Of a stretch of 64,000 nucleotides of DNA, positions 24,927 to 37,600 are shown one piece after another. The translations under genes were made by a program, and so were the position numbers. Source of the DNA: Octopus vulgaris. Taxonomy: Eukaryota. Under the pieces are notes generated by a model, which had not been told where the DNA came from, did no database searches, and was given only the letters and a program-made list of their open reading frames with translations. Within the stretch, counting starts at the first letter, position 1. Each line of letters begins with the position of its first letter. The stretch covers positions 173,600,001 through 173,664,000 of the forward strand of contig OX597814.1 of assembly GCA_951406725.2 (NCBI GenBank), written 5' to 3'.

Positions 24927-25702
24927 GTTGCTGACACAGTTGTCCATTTGAAAGGTGACACTCTAGGTTACTTTGGGACCCACCTATTCATATAATTTTC
25001 CATTAATACTATCTCAACTGTCACAGTTCACACCTAGTTCTTGACATAATTTACACCAGCATAGAAAAGGAGGAGAGAAATCTACTTATTAAAAGTGGTC
25101 TCTTTACAGTGTGCTTTTTTCTTTTCCCTTTTTGGGGTTTTTTGACATTAGTCATTTCCACAATGAATAATAAAAGCAGGAAAGCTTTAGCCATTGAACA
25201 GAAATAGCTGAAATGTCATTGAGGTACCCTGCCAAAACACCAACACAATACTGTTGAATATACAATATATGTATTATTGTACTGCAGCACAGGTTAGCTC
25301 TAATGTGCAATACTATGAGTAAAGGCATTCCAACCATGACTATCTCATCTTTTTGTATATCTGGGACAAATTGTCCAGTGTATCTTACATTTTAAGAAGG
25401 TGGGGTTTTTTTTTGTTTTTTTTGTGTGTCCAAATGTAATGGGAGATTTGGCTAATACAATTAATACTGTGATGGCATAGATGCTCTCTCATTGGTTGAT
25501 GAAGGTTGTGTGTTTGTGTAAGTTGATAGAAATATAATTTAACCCTCTTGCAACACCCAGGCCAATTGATCAGCCTAAGTGATACAAGCTGAAAGAACTT
25601 TGAGGCCGATTCATCGGCCTGATGAAACAAACATTTTGAAATGTAATAGCCAATCAAGGATCATCTTTCAGTTGATCTATTTATAGCAGGTTTGGTAGCC
25701 TT

Positions 25703-26041
25703 CAACTAACACTATCTCCTCCAAGACCCTGCAGCGCAAGTTGACCAAAATTGAGAGTATGATAGAAGAAGGCTTGCTCTTCCTTCCGTAGAAGAAAAAA
25801 TTCAAATCGGACCATGTTAACACCAAAAATTATTTACATCAAAAATGTCCTTTTTTTCTATGAAAATCCCTACTTTTTACGATTTTTTTACTGCTGTGTC
25901 ACCATTTTTCGGTGTATTTCAACCAGAAAAATGTTCACTTAAAGAGAATAACAAGCTACATAATGCAAAATTTTTACATTTCAAAAATTCCATTTCTAAA
26001 GGGTCAAAACAAACCTGAGCAACACCGGGCGATACTGCTAG
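25703..26041 (+). mobile_element. Helitron-like non-autonomous element, 3' portion
   Basis: Ends in a subterminal GC hairpin followed by CTAG|T; second copy at 53166-53492. Confidence 0.7.
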
Positions 26042-26510
26042 TATAATATAAAATTATATAATATATATAGTTTTACATACTAATCAAGTAGTTTTAGACA
26101 CATTATCCTTTGTTTTCTACTTGCATCCAACATTTTCAATCTTAACAGAAAACAAAAATTTGGTCTTTTTGGTTACACTTACCAAAACACCTTGTGTCTC
26201 TAAAGGTTTAATATGAATAAATGTAAGAAGCAATAATTTTCTTTTGAAGATAATAAATTAACTCTTTAGCATTCAGATTATTCTGTCAAATGTAAATCTT
26301 GTTTGTTAATACTGCTTTGAATTAATCCTACATTATCTTTTTAACCTAACCTTGTTACCTACTTCATTCATTATTGACCCTACAGAAATGAAATACAAGA
26401 ATGACTTTTTGGGGTTTGAATTATAGACATATAGGGACAAAACTAAATGCAGTAAGATATTGTTTACTTCGTTGTTCTACCACATGTATTAATGAATATT
26501 AGTTTCTTAC

Positions 26511-26679
26511 ATAGGCGCAGGAGTGGGTGTGTGGTAAGTAGCTTGCTTACCAACCTCATGGTTCCGGGTTCATTCCCACTGCATGGCACCTTGAGCAAGT
26601 GTCTTCTACTATAGCCTCGGGCTGACCAAAGCCTTGTGAGTGGATTTGGTAGACGGAAACTGAAAGAAGCCCGTCGTAT

Positions 26680-26713
<34 letters not shown>

Positions 26714-26928
26714 ATGTATGTGTTTGTGTGTCTGTGTTTGTCCCCCCAACATCGCTTGACAACCGATGCTGGTGTGTTTATGTCCCCGTTACTTAGCAGT
26801 TCAGCAAAAAAGACTGATAGAATAAGTACTAGGCCTACAAAGAATAAGTCCTGGAGTCAATTTGCTCGACTAAAGGCGGTGCTCTAGCATGGCCACAGTC
26901 AAATGAATGAAACAAGGGTAAAAGAGAG
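26511..26928 (+). mobile_element. Family B SINE
   Basis: Full-length match to 13647-14059. Confidence 0.88.
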
Positions 26929-27629
26929 CTATAAGGTTTTAATTTTTTAAGAGAAGAGAGAGAATGATTGTTTGATGTTTAAACATTGCATAAGACAAGA
27001 CACAAGTGATATATGTATAGTAATAAAGAATGGCATTAGGAAGGGCATCCAGCCAAAGGAACCATGCCAAATCAGACTGGTGTCTGGTGCAGCTCCCTCC
27101 CCAGCTTTCCAGCTCTAGTCACACCAGCATGGACAATGGACATTAAATGATAATGGTGGTGATGATAGGATTTATCTCTAGCCTGGGCATAAAACCAGTA
27201 TTGTGAACTCAGCTCTGCAGGAATTTATTCTCCACAAATCGGTACTAGTCAACATAATAATAAATATATATAGTCATTCAACCTTTCAGCATTTAAACCA
27301 GCCATATCAAGCCCGACCATTTTATCTGTCTTATGTTCAAACTGGCCAGATCCAGTCTCTCACACCTACACGACAGTGTCATTCTAAAACTATACAATCA
27401 CATCATTAAAATCTTGAAGCTATGAGATAAGGCATGATTAATTCAAAACAATGAGAATAAATAAGCAGTACATTTGACCCAGTAATAAAAATGTTAAGTG
27501 GTTAAAATGTTTGTGTGTATTAGAAGAATCATTGTAATGCATGAAAAATAGTTTAGTATGGAGTGTACTGCTTGGCAGCTGTTCAGGAAATCCTAACCTT
27601 AGTAAAGCAGTTTTCTTTCTGTTAATATA

Positions 27630-28920
27630 CGAGGGACGTTCAATAAGTAATGCCTCTGACCCACTTGCAGTTGTTTGATCTAGCTGAAATTTTGCATGTG
27701 CAATCATTTATATCTCTATAGAGTAAGTGGCAAATTACAGCTCTGAATTAATTGTGGTTTCTGATTTACAGGTGTTTGAACCGAGTCAAGTGTGAAATGG
27801 AGCCTGTTGAGTGTCGAGCAGTGATCCGGTTTTTGTATTTGAAAGGACGTACACCACGGGAGACTTTTGATGAAATGAAAGTAACTTATGGTGATGATGC
27901 CCCATCATATGACCTTGTAAAACGCTGGCATCGTGAATTCAAACATGGTTGGAACTCTGTGGAAACAGCTCCCAGATCTGGTCGCTCCTTCTGCCATTGA
28001 TGAGGCATCTGTCCGTCAAGTTGAGGCTGCCATTTTGGAAGATCGACGCATAATTATTCGCCAAATAGCCCATGAGGTCAAGATTAGTACCGGGTCTGTG
28101 GAAACTATCATTCATGACCATTTGCATATGCAAAAGGTGTCTGCCAGATGGATTCCCAGGTTGCTCACGCCTTTCCAGAAGCAAGAACGCGTTGAGTGCT
28201 CGAGGGTGAATTTGGAGATGTGCCAAGAAGATGAGTCAAAACTTTTCAAAAGACTGATTACACAGGATGAAACCTGGGTCCATCACGATGATCCAGAGAC
28301 CAAAGCCCAATCAATGCAGTGGAAGCACCGTGACTCACCCCCTCCAAAGAAGGCAAGGGTGCAGCCCTCCGCTGGCAAGGTCATGCTCACAGTCTTCTGG
28401 GACCAGGACGGAGTAGTGATGACAGATTTCCTGGCAAAGGGTACCACAATTGCAGGAGCCTATTATGCTTCACTTTTGAGGAAATTAAGAGAAGTTATCA
28501 AAATCAAGAGGCGGGGACAAGATCAGCAAAGGCATCCTCCTCCTGCAGGACAACGCTCCGGTCCACAACTCGCTTGTCGCCAGATCAGAAGCACAGGCGT
28601 ATGGCTATGAACTCCTCCCCCATCCCTCTACTTTCCTGACCTTGCACCCTCTGATTTTCACCTCTTCCCAGTCATGAAGTTGTTTTTGAAAGGAAAGCGT
28701 TTCCCAGATGATGCAACCTTGATTTCTGAAGTCACGTTCAGGTTGGAGGACCAAGCTGGGGTCTTCTACAAAAACGGTCTCCAGAGCTGCATCAAACAAT
28801 GGGAGAAATGCGTAACTCTGGGTGGTTGCTATGTAGAAAAAGACTAATAACTGTGCCAAGTTTCGTTGCTCTACTGCTATGGGAAGTGGGTCAGGGGCAT
28901 TACTTATTGAACACCCCTCG
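27630..28920 (+). mobile_element. Full-length (1291 bp) mariner DD34D transposon with frameshifted transposase (ATG 27797, stop 28847)
   Basis: ~37-bp TIRs flanked by TA; HTH, RSGR, WIPRLL, QDETWV, QDNAPVH, YFPDLAPSD with 34-residue spacing; about three frameshifts. Confidence 0.95.
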
Positions 28921-29715
28921 TATATGGCATCACCATGAGAGATCACTAAATTGTGAGATCAAGTTTTTATAGAAATTTTTAAAATATCAGGCCCACTGTG
29001 AACTAAGCACAAATTAATTTTCCCCTCATCATCACTACAAACCCAGATATAGAAATCTAGATTTTATTTTATATTAGTATATTTAAGACTAGATAAGAAA
29101 TCAAAATGATTTTGTGGGAAGAGTCATTATGCCAATAACGAGCACATGCACTGATTATATTTGAATTCTGTTGTTGTTATCATTATTATTGGCAACTAGT
29201 TAACTATTTTGCTATAGTCAAGCTATCAATTAACTAAATTTGTCAGACTTCTTTCATCACCATTCATTGATGAGGTTACAGATGGCAATGAAATTACAAA
29301 TCTAGCTAATTAATTAATTTACTAAATGGCTAATCAGGCAACTGATTGGTTAAATGGTTAAATAGTTAACTAGTTGACTAATAATTAAAAAAAGAAGTGA
29401 AATAGAACCATTGCATATGTTTCTCATTGGCAAAATGACCCTCCCAAGATAATTCAAAATCTGTTTCAAAGCATATGCGTAAATTTGGTTGACAGAAACT
29501 GTGAAAGCCTGCCATATGTGTGTGTTTGAGTGTATTTATATGATTTTATGTTCATTGTGAAATTGTATAACTAACTTTTCTTTTTTTTTTTTTTTTTTCC
29601 TTATTTCTTTTCAGATCTGAAATGTTAACAATGGTTGATATACTCTCCATCTTTTCTAACTGAGACATTTCTCATAGCATAACATTCAAAATTCACCATT
29701 TCCTCCATCAACACA

Positions 29716-30234
29716 ATGTCAGAAAAAGACAGCTACGTTTGTACACAGCCAGCCCATGTTACTCCACTGCAGATTCCAAAACTGAAGATAGAACGACGGA
29801 AAACAGGGCCGGATAAGAAGGGAGCCAAAGTAGCTAATCATAAGTGTGATATATGTGGCAAGTCATATACTGAGTTGTCATATTTGAAGGCCCATCAAGT
29901 TGTTAGTCATGGCCCAAATGCAGCTAAACCAAATAAGTGCAACATTCCATCATTGAAGACTTTCAAGTGTGACATTTGCAGTAAACAGTTCAGTAGAAAT
30001 TACCACCTAGACCGCCATCGAATGACCCACACAGGGGAAAAGCCATTCAAGTGTAAAGTTTGTAGCAGGACCTTTAGCCGTAATTATCATCTGCATAGAC
30101 ATGCTTTCATTCATACTGGTGAGAAGCCATATAGTTGTGAAGTGTGTGCCAAAGCATTTTCAAGAACTGATAAACTTAAAAAACACACTAAGACCCATTT
30201 AGCACCTTTTCGGGAGGTTAAAAGTACAAGATGA
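29716..30234 (+). CDS. C2H2 zinc-finger protein, 172 aa, four fingers, ZNF148/281/740-like helices
   Basis: Intact ORF with four CxxC..HxxxH-type fingers and two TGEKP linkers; strong polypyrimidine acceptor TTTCAG| at 29614 gives a ~100-nt 5' UTR part in the same exon. Confidence 0.92.
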   Translation: MSEKDSYVCTQPAHVTPLQIPKLKIERRKTGPDKKGAKVANHKCDICGKSYTELSYLKAHQVVSHGPNAAKPNKCNIPSLKTFKCDICSKQFSRNYHLDRHRMTHTGEKPFKCKVCSRTFSRNYHLHRHAFIHTGEKPYSCEVCAKAFSRTDKLKKHTKTHLAPFREVKSTR

Positions 30235-30251
30235 GAAGAAGAGAAATTGAA

Positions 30252-30301
<50 letters not shown>

Positions 30302-30324
30302 ATATATATATATATATACACATG

Positions 30325-30583
30325 TATACCAGAGTAAACACATAAATGTGAAACAAGGTGGAAAAAAGAGTACTCAAATACCAGGGGTAGAGTAATATGC
30401 TTTATTTAAAAGCAGCAGAAATTCAACAAAACCTGTTACTCTGAGTTTTACGTTCCTGTTCGTCGGACAGTTTTTGTTAAAGAAAAAAAAAAATGGTTTA
30501 ACAAAAACTGTCCGACGAACGGTAACGTGAAGCTCAGAGTAACAGGTTTTGTTGAATTTCTGCTGCTTTTAAATAAAGTATAT
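30325..30583. mobile_element. Penelope-like inverted pLTR pair forming an 87-bp hairpin with two degenerate hammerhead motifs
   Basis: Arms 30395-30481 and 30497-30583. Motif CUGU-CCGACGA-ACG GUAA CGU-GAAG-CUCAGAG-UA-ACAG at 30508-30545 with its mirror on the - strand. AATAAA at 30572. Confidence 0.75.
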
Positions 30584-30591
30584 ACATATCT

Positions 30592-30935
30592 ATGATCGCC
30601 GTCCACTCGTGACCGAGGAAGACTATTGCTGACCTTTAGGAACATTGTCTGCTCTAGGACTAACTTACATTTTGCATTTGTGGCTCTGTTGGGGGCTAAT
30701 GAGCCCTGCTCTTGACAAGCATACACGACTACAAACATTGCAAACCAAACTTTCCCCATTCACTATGCAAGCAGTGTGCTTTCAAGCAGCACGCTTAAAT
30801 TCTTCATGCAGAATACATGCTCTTTCAAAGCTGTCAACCCCCTCCTTGACCTGCTTCCTCCGTCTGTAGCAATGACAGGCATTGCTCTCCCAGTTGGTCT
30901 CCTGCATATCACAGGCCTTTAATGAGGCCTTTATG
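30592..30935 (-). mobile_element. RTE/BovB-like LINE 3' fragment
   Basis: Minus-strand peptide LVCNVCSRVCLSRAGLISPQQSH resembles the BovB-type C-terminal zinc finger. Confidence 0.65.
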
Positions 30936-31702
30936 TGTGTGTGTTACTTAAACACAGCTATAATGGCAGACTCACAAATTTATACATTTATAAAAAAAGA
31001 AAAGTAATTTGAAGGAGCAGTATTTAAATAAATAGACTGCTATTTCACTATATTATTAAAAAGTGGAATAGATATTCATCTCCCAAATTGGACAGCCAGG
31101 GTCTTTTCTATTAAAATTAAATGAGCAAATCTAACCTGTTCTCAGTCCTATATTTTAATATCACTGATTTTTAATGCTGATTCTGTTTGGGAAATAACTT
31201 GCAAAATGTGTGTCCTTTATACATACACACATATAAGCACACAAGGTACCCATTTATGAACATTCACCATATCTTGGAATAATTCATTTTTATTTTCATT
31301 ATTACAAATTAGTTTCTATGTAATTATATATAAAATTTAATCCTACTATCATCATCGTTTTGCATCTACTTTCCAAGCTAGGTTGGATGGGTCTCTGCTG
31401 CTCTTCTAGATAATTCAGAGGACCATATTTCACTCATAAGTTTGAATTTGTGGTTGGTTTCTATATAATGTCCTTCCTAGCAACAATGCACTGGGTGCTT
31501 TTTTTTTTTTTTTTTTTTTTTTTTGTGGCACCTACACTTCAGAGGGTGCTACGTTTCTGACAAGGCTAAACAGTCCTTTTGACCTCATGCTTAAGTGTGC
31601 ATTGAGTGCATTTTGTCATGGCACCAGCATGATATGAGTGAGAGAGAGAGCAATGGTTGTTGAGTGGTGAGTAAATGGTATGAGTGAATATGTATGCTGA
31701 AA

Positions 31703-31933
31703 CCTATTTCTTTACTACCCACAAGGGGCTAAACACAGAGGGGACAAACAAGGACAGACAAATGGATTAAGTCGATTATATCGACCCCAGTGTGTAACTG
31801 GTACTTATTTAATCCACCCCGAAAGGATGAAAGGCAAAGTCGACCTCGGCGGAATTTGAACTCAGAATGTAGCCGCAGACGAAATACCGCTAAGCATTTC
31901 ACCCGGTGCGCTAACGTTTCTGCCAGCTCACCA
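31703..31933 (-). mobile_element. Meta-domain-like SINE monomer
   Basis: Reverse complement of the unit at 10378-10610. Confidence 0.88.
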
Positions 31934-32649
31934 ACAAGGAGAGGAGTACAGGTATAGTGTGGGGTACATGCGAATGTGATATGGTCCTTTATGCAAATGT
32001 CTTGAGATGGGCAAGAGAGCTAGTGTGTCTAAGTTGGCAGGAGTAGTTGGAGTGCTGGTGAAAGGAAGCAGTATACAGTGAAGGGAAAATATCCAGTGCC
32101 ATCCTAAGTTACCATGAGATTGAGAAGAGGAGAAAGTGATTTGAGAGGTAAATAATAAAAGCATGAATGGTAAAGGTTTTGACAATAGAGATATGTGAAA
32201 CTGGCATGACTGACAGACATATGTGTGGATGTGATAGAGAGGTCTTACAGAGATGAGAAGCTATCATCATCATCATAATCATCATTTAACATCAATTTTC
32301 CATGCTGGCATGGCTTGGACTGTTTGGCAAGAGCTGCCCAGGCTCTATATCTCTTTTGGCATGGTTTCTATGGCTGGATGCCCTTCCTAATGCCAACCAC
32401 TTTACAGAGTGTACCAGGTGCTTTTACACAGTACCAGCATGGGTGCATTTACAGGGCACCAGCATCCACAAGGTTAGGAATGCTCAGCTGGAGAGGGATG
32501 CAGGGAGCAGCCTGTATGCAAGGACAACTATATATGTATCAGTTTCATGCTCGGAAAGGTGAGAAAGTCTTTTACATTTCGAGCCTATGCTCTTCAACAG
32601 AAAGTTTCATGAGGAAATAAACAGAGAGAGAATAAAAAAACTTTTGGTG

Positions 32650-35050
32650 TTTGCATACCTATACATGTATATACCTAAAGATACCCATATATATATATAT
32701 TGGACAGGTAGGTCTTCTGCACAACATGTCACCACTCAACATGGTTGATCCTTTGACATCTCTCCCCCATTAAAGGTAACAACTTCGGATCTGTCTTCAT
32801 TACCTTGTCTTCCTCAATCTCCTTTTTCTACAGGTTCATTCATTTTGACTGTGTAATGCTTTTGTTTTACAGTTGTCCACTTCCATATGCATCATATGAC
32901 CATACCAAGGTTATCTTCTGCTTTGTGTACTACATCTAATTCCTCTTATGTTCACTTTGCTTTTTTCTCTCTGCTCATTAATGCATTCAGCAGAGAATGC
33001 TCACTTTTTCTATTTTTAGTTTGCACAATTATTCTGCATTTAAGGCCTATGTTACTCTCTACAGTACAACAGCATGTTTCATACACAGGCATCATACAAT
33101 CTGTCCTTTCTAAAGAAAACTTCTTTGTGTCCAGTTGAAGTAGTAACATCCTAAACTTTTTCCAACCAATTCTTATTCTGACTACTATGCTTTTCAGAAC
33201 TACCACCCATACTCCTAGTTAGGTCCCATAGGTACAAAAGCTGTCAATTATGTCTAAAGAGCCTTCTGAGCATCAGAGGGAGTGTATTTTGCAAATGCTC
33301 TTAGTACTTACTGTTCATGGACATCTGCTACATGTGAAGTCTACCTTCTTAGCTTGCATGTGATTACACTACACCACTTGTTAGTTATGCTTTACACTGG
33401 CTGTACTATTGTGAAATTCCTACATATTTCTTCACTCTTGTCCTCTTTCTTATTTACTAATAACTTACTTAGTATTTGCTAAATTCACTCTCAGGTGTCT
33501 CAATTCTGAGTTTTGTTTCCATGCCTGGAATTCCTTTCCTAAGTCTGCTACAGATTCAGTTACAAGAAATACATCATCAATATAAAAGAGTTCCCACAGG
33601 CAGCCCGTCTTAAGCACATTTGTTATGGCTTGGAGGATTGTAATAAAATAAGACAGCTGGGATCTATACTCTGGTAAACTCCTACTTTCATGCTAAATTC
33701 ATAACTATACTCCTTACTAACTCTCACTTTGCTAACTGCACCTGTACATGGCTTGTACAGAGCCATAATCATTCTATGCTCACTTTTCTCCAATGACACC
33801 TTGAGTTTTCTCTCATACACTACTTCACAATCCAGAAAACCTCACATCTTGCAACATTTGCAAAAGTCTCAGCCTCAGTTTCTTTCTTTGCTAATCTCTA
33901 TTTGCAAGTTGCTACCCACTTTCTTACATTTTTTTCCAATCCTGTCTCTTAACCTTAACCCTTTCATTACTATATTTATTTTGAGTTGCTCTGTGTTTCT
34001 TTCAATTATTTTAAATATAACAAAGAATTTAGTAAAATAACTTAGTTATCATTAAGTTAGTGTTAGGAACGTAAGGCTTGGTGGAATATTTTAATTCAAA
34101 ACTTATGAAAACAAGACATTTTACCACAGAGCCAGAGCCAGTTTTGGCCAGGTTAGTAACAAAAGGGTTAAAGGTTCTGTCACTGTTATATCATGCTCTC
34201 TTTAGCTGGGACCTTGCTCCAGTCACAGGCTTGGTCTCTCACATTTAGTAGGTTATCTCTAGTAACTCGCAGTTGTCCTCTTCATCATTATTTTCTATCT
34301 CTTCCTTGATCTTGTCATATACATCTTTTTAATATATCTTGAAATCCCTACTGTTTCTTTGCTCTTTCAACCTCCATCTCCTCCAGATTGTTTTCTGTCT
34401 GCATTTATCTAGTTCATAGTCCATTTTGCAAGGAACATTTCTTTGTCAGACACAGATTAAGCATTTACACCTAACTGTCCGCCTATTTTTCTGGTGAGTA
34501 CAAAGTCTATCTGATTTCTGTGTTCATCCAAGTATGGGTGATCTGATATCTGACTGGTTTCATGAGGTTAGTGTTACAGATGTTAAGGTCATTTTCATCA
34601 CAAAACTCTGGGATCCTTGTTCCTGCCTTATTCCATGTACCATAACCATATGCCACCATGCACACCAACAAATCAACCACATAATTCTGTCCAACATGTC
34701 CATTAAAATCACCATCAATGATGAGGAGGTCACTTATTTTTCCTGGAGAAGGTTCTTATAAAAGTAGTCCCGACAGTGATGCATAAGCAGAGGTAAATGT
34801 TACTGTTGTATTGTTTAAGACTAGCTTGTGTTTAATCACCCTATGGCACACTGTGACTACCTCACATACTTTATCCATTTCTCTATTAACAGCATTTCTA
34901 CACCTTTATTACCTATCCAGAAGAATTTGTAATTTTGTTCCTTGCCTGTGAGTAGCTTGGTTGAGGCTCATTTCTGTTTTTTGCCTCATACATACTTCTA
35001 TTCTCATCAAACTTTTCACAATCCAACCTATCTTTCAATACACTGACAAT
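32650..35050 (-). pseudogene. Highly degraded RTE-clade LINE (endonuclease and RT remnants)
   Basis: Remnants YKFFWIG, TSAYA, AVSKVRV..EFSMKVGVYQ, WELFYIDD and RIRIGWKKFR with many stops and frameshifts. Confidence 0.75.
33959..34167. mobile_element. piggyBac-like MITE inserted in the RTE relic; related copy ~27277-27505
   Basis: TTAA|CCCTTTCATTAC ... GTAACAAAAGGG|TTAA. Confidence 0.75.
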
Positions 35051-35304
35051 GGGAGTAATTGCTGAAAAGTTGTTGAACTGACAGGAAGAGGGAGGGGTAC
35101 AGCCAAGCTGAGTCTTTTAGCTTTCTGTCTGATGAAGAAGACAGTTTGTGTGGGCCAGAGTTAGCAACTCAGTGGTTTTTACACACAGCTGCTTAGCTGC
35201 TTCTATTTTTTTTTTTTTTAAATTCAGTCTGCTACTGTTTACTACTAACCAATGAATTGCTAATGAACCTTTATTATTATAATTATTATTATTATTACTA
35301 TTTA

Positions 35305-36150
35305 AAAGGTGGCAAGCTAGTAGAGTCATTAGCACACCAAGCAAAATGCTTACCAGCATTCTGAGTTTAAATTCCCCCAAGGTTGACTTTGCCTTTCATC
35401 CTTCAGGGGTCTACAAAATAAGTACCAGTCCAGATGTAATTGACTTACCTGCTTCCCCGAAATTGCTTGCCTTGTGCCAAAATTTGAAACGATTATTATT
35501 GCTGTTGTTAAGAATGGTTAGAGTGTCAGAAAAATATCTTGCAGTATTTCTCTGGCTTGCTGCATGTGGGGATGAAAAAATAGACCTCAATAGGATATGA
35601 ACCCAGATCGATACATTACTGGATTTGACTAACCCTCTCCCCCTCGAAGTTACTGCCTTGTGTCTAAATCAGATATTGTTATAAGACATGAGCTGACAAA
35701 ATTGTTAGGGCACCAGGAAAAATGCTTAATGGCATTTTGCTTTCCTTTGTGTTCTAAGTTCAAATTCTGCTGATGTCGGCTTTGTCTTTCAACCTTTTGG
35801 GGTCGATAAGATAAGTATCAGTTGAGTACTGGGGTCAGTGTAATCAACTAGCCACCTCCCCCAAATTTCAAGTCTTATGCTTATAGCAGAAAGGACTGCT
35901 ACTACTACTACTACTACGGCTACTGCTACATAATGTGGTAAGTTATAAAATTATTAGCATGCTGGGAAAATGCTTAGTAGCATTTCATCCGTCTTAACAT
36001 TTTGAGTTCAAATTTCTCTACGGCTGACTTTGTCTTCTATCCTTTCAGTGTTGATAAATTAAGTACCAGTGAAGTACTGGGGTCTATGGTATCAACTTAC
36101 TCTCTCTTCCAAATTTTCAGTTCTTGTGCCTATAGCAGAAAGGATTCTTA
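35305..36150 (+). mobile_element. Array of old, CpG-decayed Meta-domain-like SINEs
   Basis: Three to four degenerate head+body units separated by short AT-rich triplet tracts. Confidence 0.7.
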
Positions 36151-36254
36151 TTATTGTGAAAATTATTCAGTGTTTGAAACAATTTTAATGTGAGGAATGG
36201 TTCTTTTTAATATTACTATTATTTTTATTAAAAAAATAATTAATGCACCCTTTT

Positions 36255-36472
36255 TAAAGCCTAGCTTGGCTCATGGGCCCAGTTTCTATGGCGTATGTGT
36301 TCCCCAGCTGGATGGGACACCAATTACTCATTTTTGCCAGCTGAGTGGACTGGAGCAACGTGAAATGAAGTGTTTTGCTCAAGAACACAACACATCGCCC
36401 GGTCCAGAAATTGAAACCACAATCTTACAATTATGGTGCTGACACCTTAACCACTAAGCCACGTGCCTCCAC
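36255..36472 (-). mobile_element. tRNA-derived SINE (head D + tail Y)
   Basis: Head matches 21097 and 60555; tail matches 19655. Confidence 0.75.
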
Positions 36473-36639
36473 ATTATTTTTATTCTTAAACATAATAGGT
36501 GTTAGTCCTATTTGCTTGGGCTGTGCCATAAAAGGGAAAGCTTCTCAAATACAAACTGTTGTGAGGATCCACATATTAATACTGACATAAACATACATGC
36601 AGTGGTTGTATATGGACAGAGACTTAAAGGATAAAAGAG

Positions 36640-36990
36640 ATATGTATGTAAAGTCATGCAAAGAGTCCAAAATGATACAATTGAGATGACAATGAGTAGC
36701 AACAGGATCACTGACAAAATAAGATGCAGGCACAGGAACTGGATTGGACATGTCCTCAGACAAGATAGAGAAAACTATTGTACAGTCGTGCGAAAGTGGA
36801 AGCCTGAGGAGAAAAATAGCTGCAGGACACCCTAAAACCACATGGCAAAGGATCATTGACAAGGAAAGGAAATGAAAAGGGTGGGGAAGTTGGAACAAGA
36901 TCAAAATACTGGTAGAAAACAGAGCTAGTTGGACAGTTCATGATGTGGCATCATGCCTCGTGGTACGAGGAGAACTAGCTAAGTAACTAA
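36640..36990 (+). mobile_element. RTE LINE 3' fragment
   Basis: RHRNWIGHVLR..KWKPE..TTW remnant. Confidence 0.6.
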
Positions 36991-37600
36991 TATAAATTAG
37001 AAGATCTAATGCCAACATTGTATATATATATTATGAAGATGTAAATACATGACTTGTGAGGTAGGAGGCTATTGAGGCATCTTCAGATTGAAGTGACATA
37101 ATAGTGGAAGTTTCTGAGTGCACCTTGAGGGGCAGCTTGGAAATGGTGATGATTACATCAGGTGAAACAAACATGTACTTTGGTCTTTCCAGGACTGAAA
37201 ATGAATTTCTTAAGTATAAAGATTTTTTTTTAGAATGACAAGCAAATTTAGTGGATAAATTAAAGAGAGAAAATGTTAGATGAAAAGAGGCAAAAGCAAG
37301 CTCTTCTATCTCTAGTAAGTCTAGTCCTAGGAATTTGTAGTTTTTGAAGTGGGAGAAGATAATTGCAAAATTTTAATTGAGGAGTGACTGTATGGTTAAG
37401 AAACTTGCTTTGCAACCATACGATTTCAGGCTCAGTCCCTCTGTGCAGCATCTTGAGCAAGTGTCTTTTATAGCCCTGGGCCCAATTAATGCCTTGTGAG
37501 TGAATTTGATGGAAGGAAACAGTGTGGAAGCCCGTCGTATATATATATATATATATATTACGGAGATGTACTTGCATAGCAAGTGACCTGATCTGAGAAC

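Noticed and set aside
25585-25650. CTGAAAGA...hairpin...GAAAC resembling a hammerhead
   Set aside because: Core spacing is wrong and stems I and III do not form.
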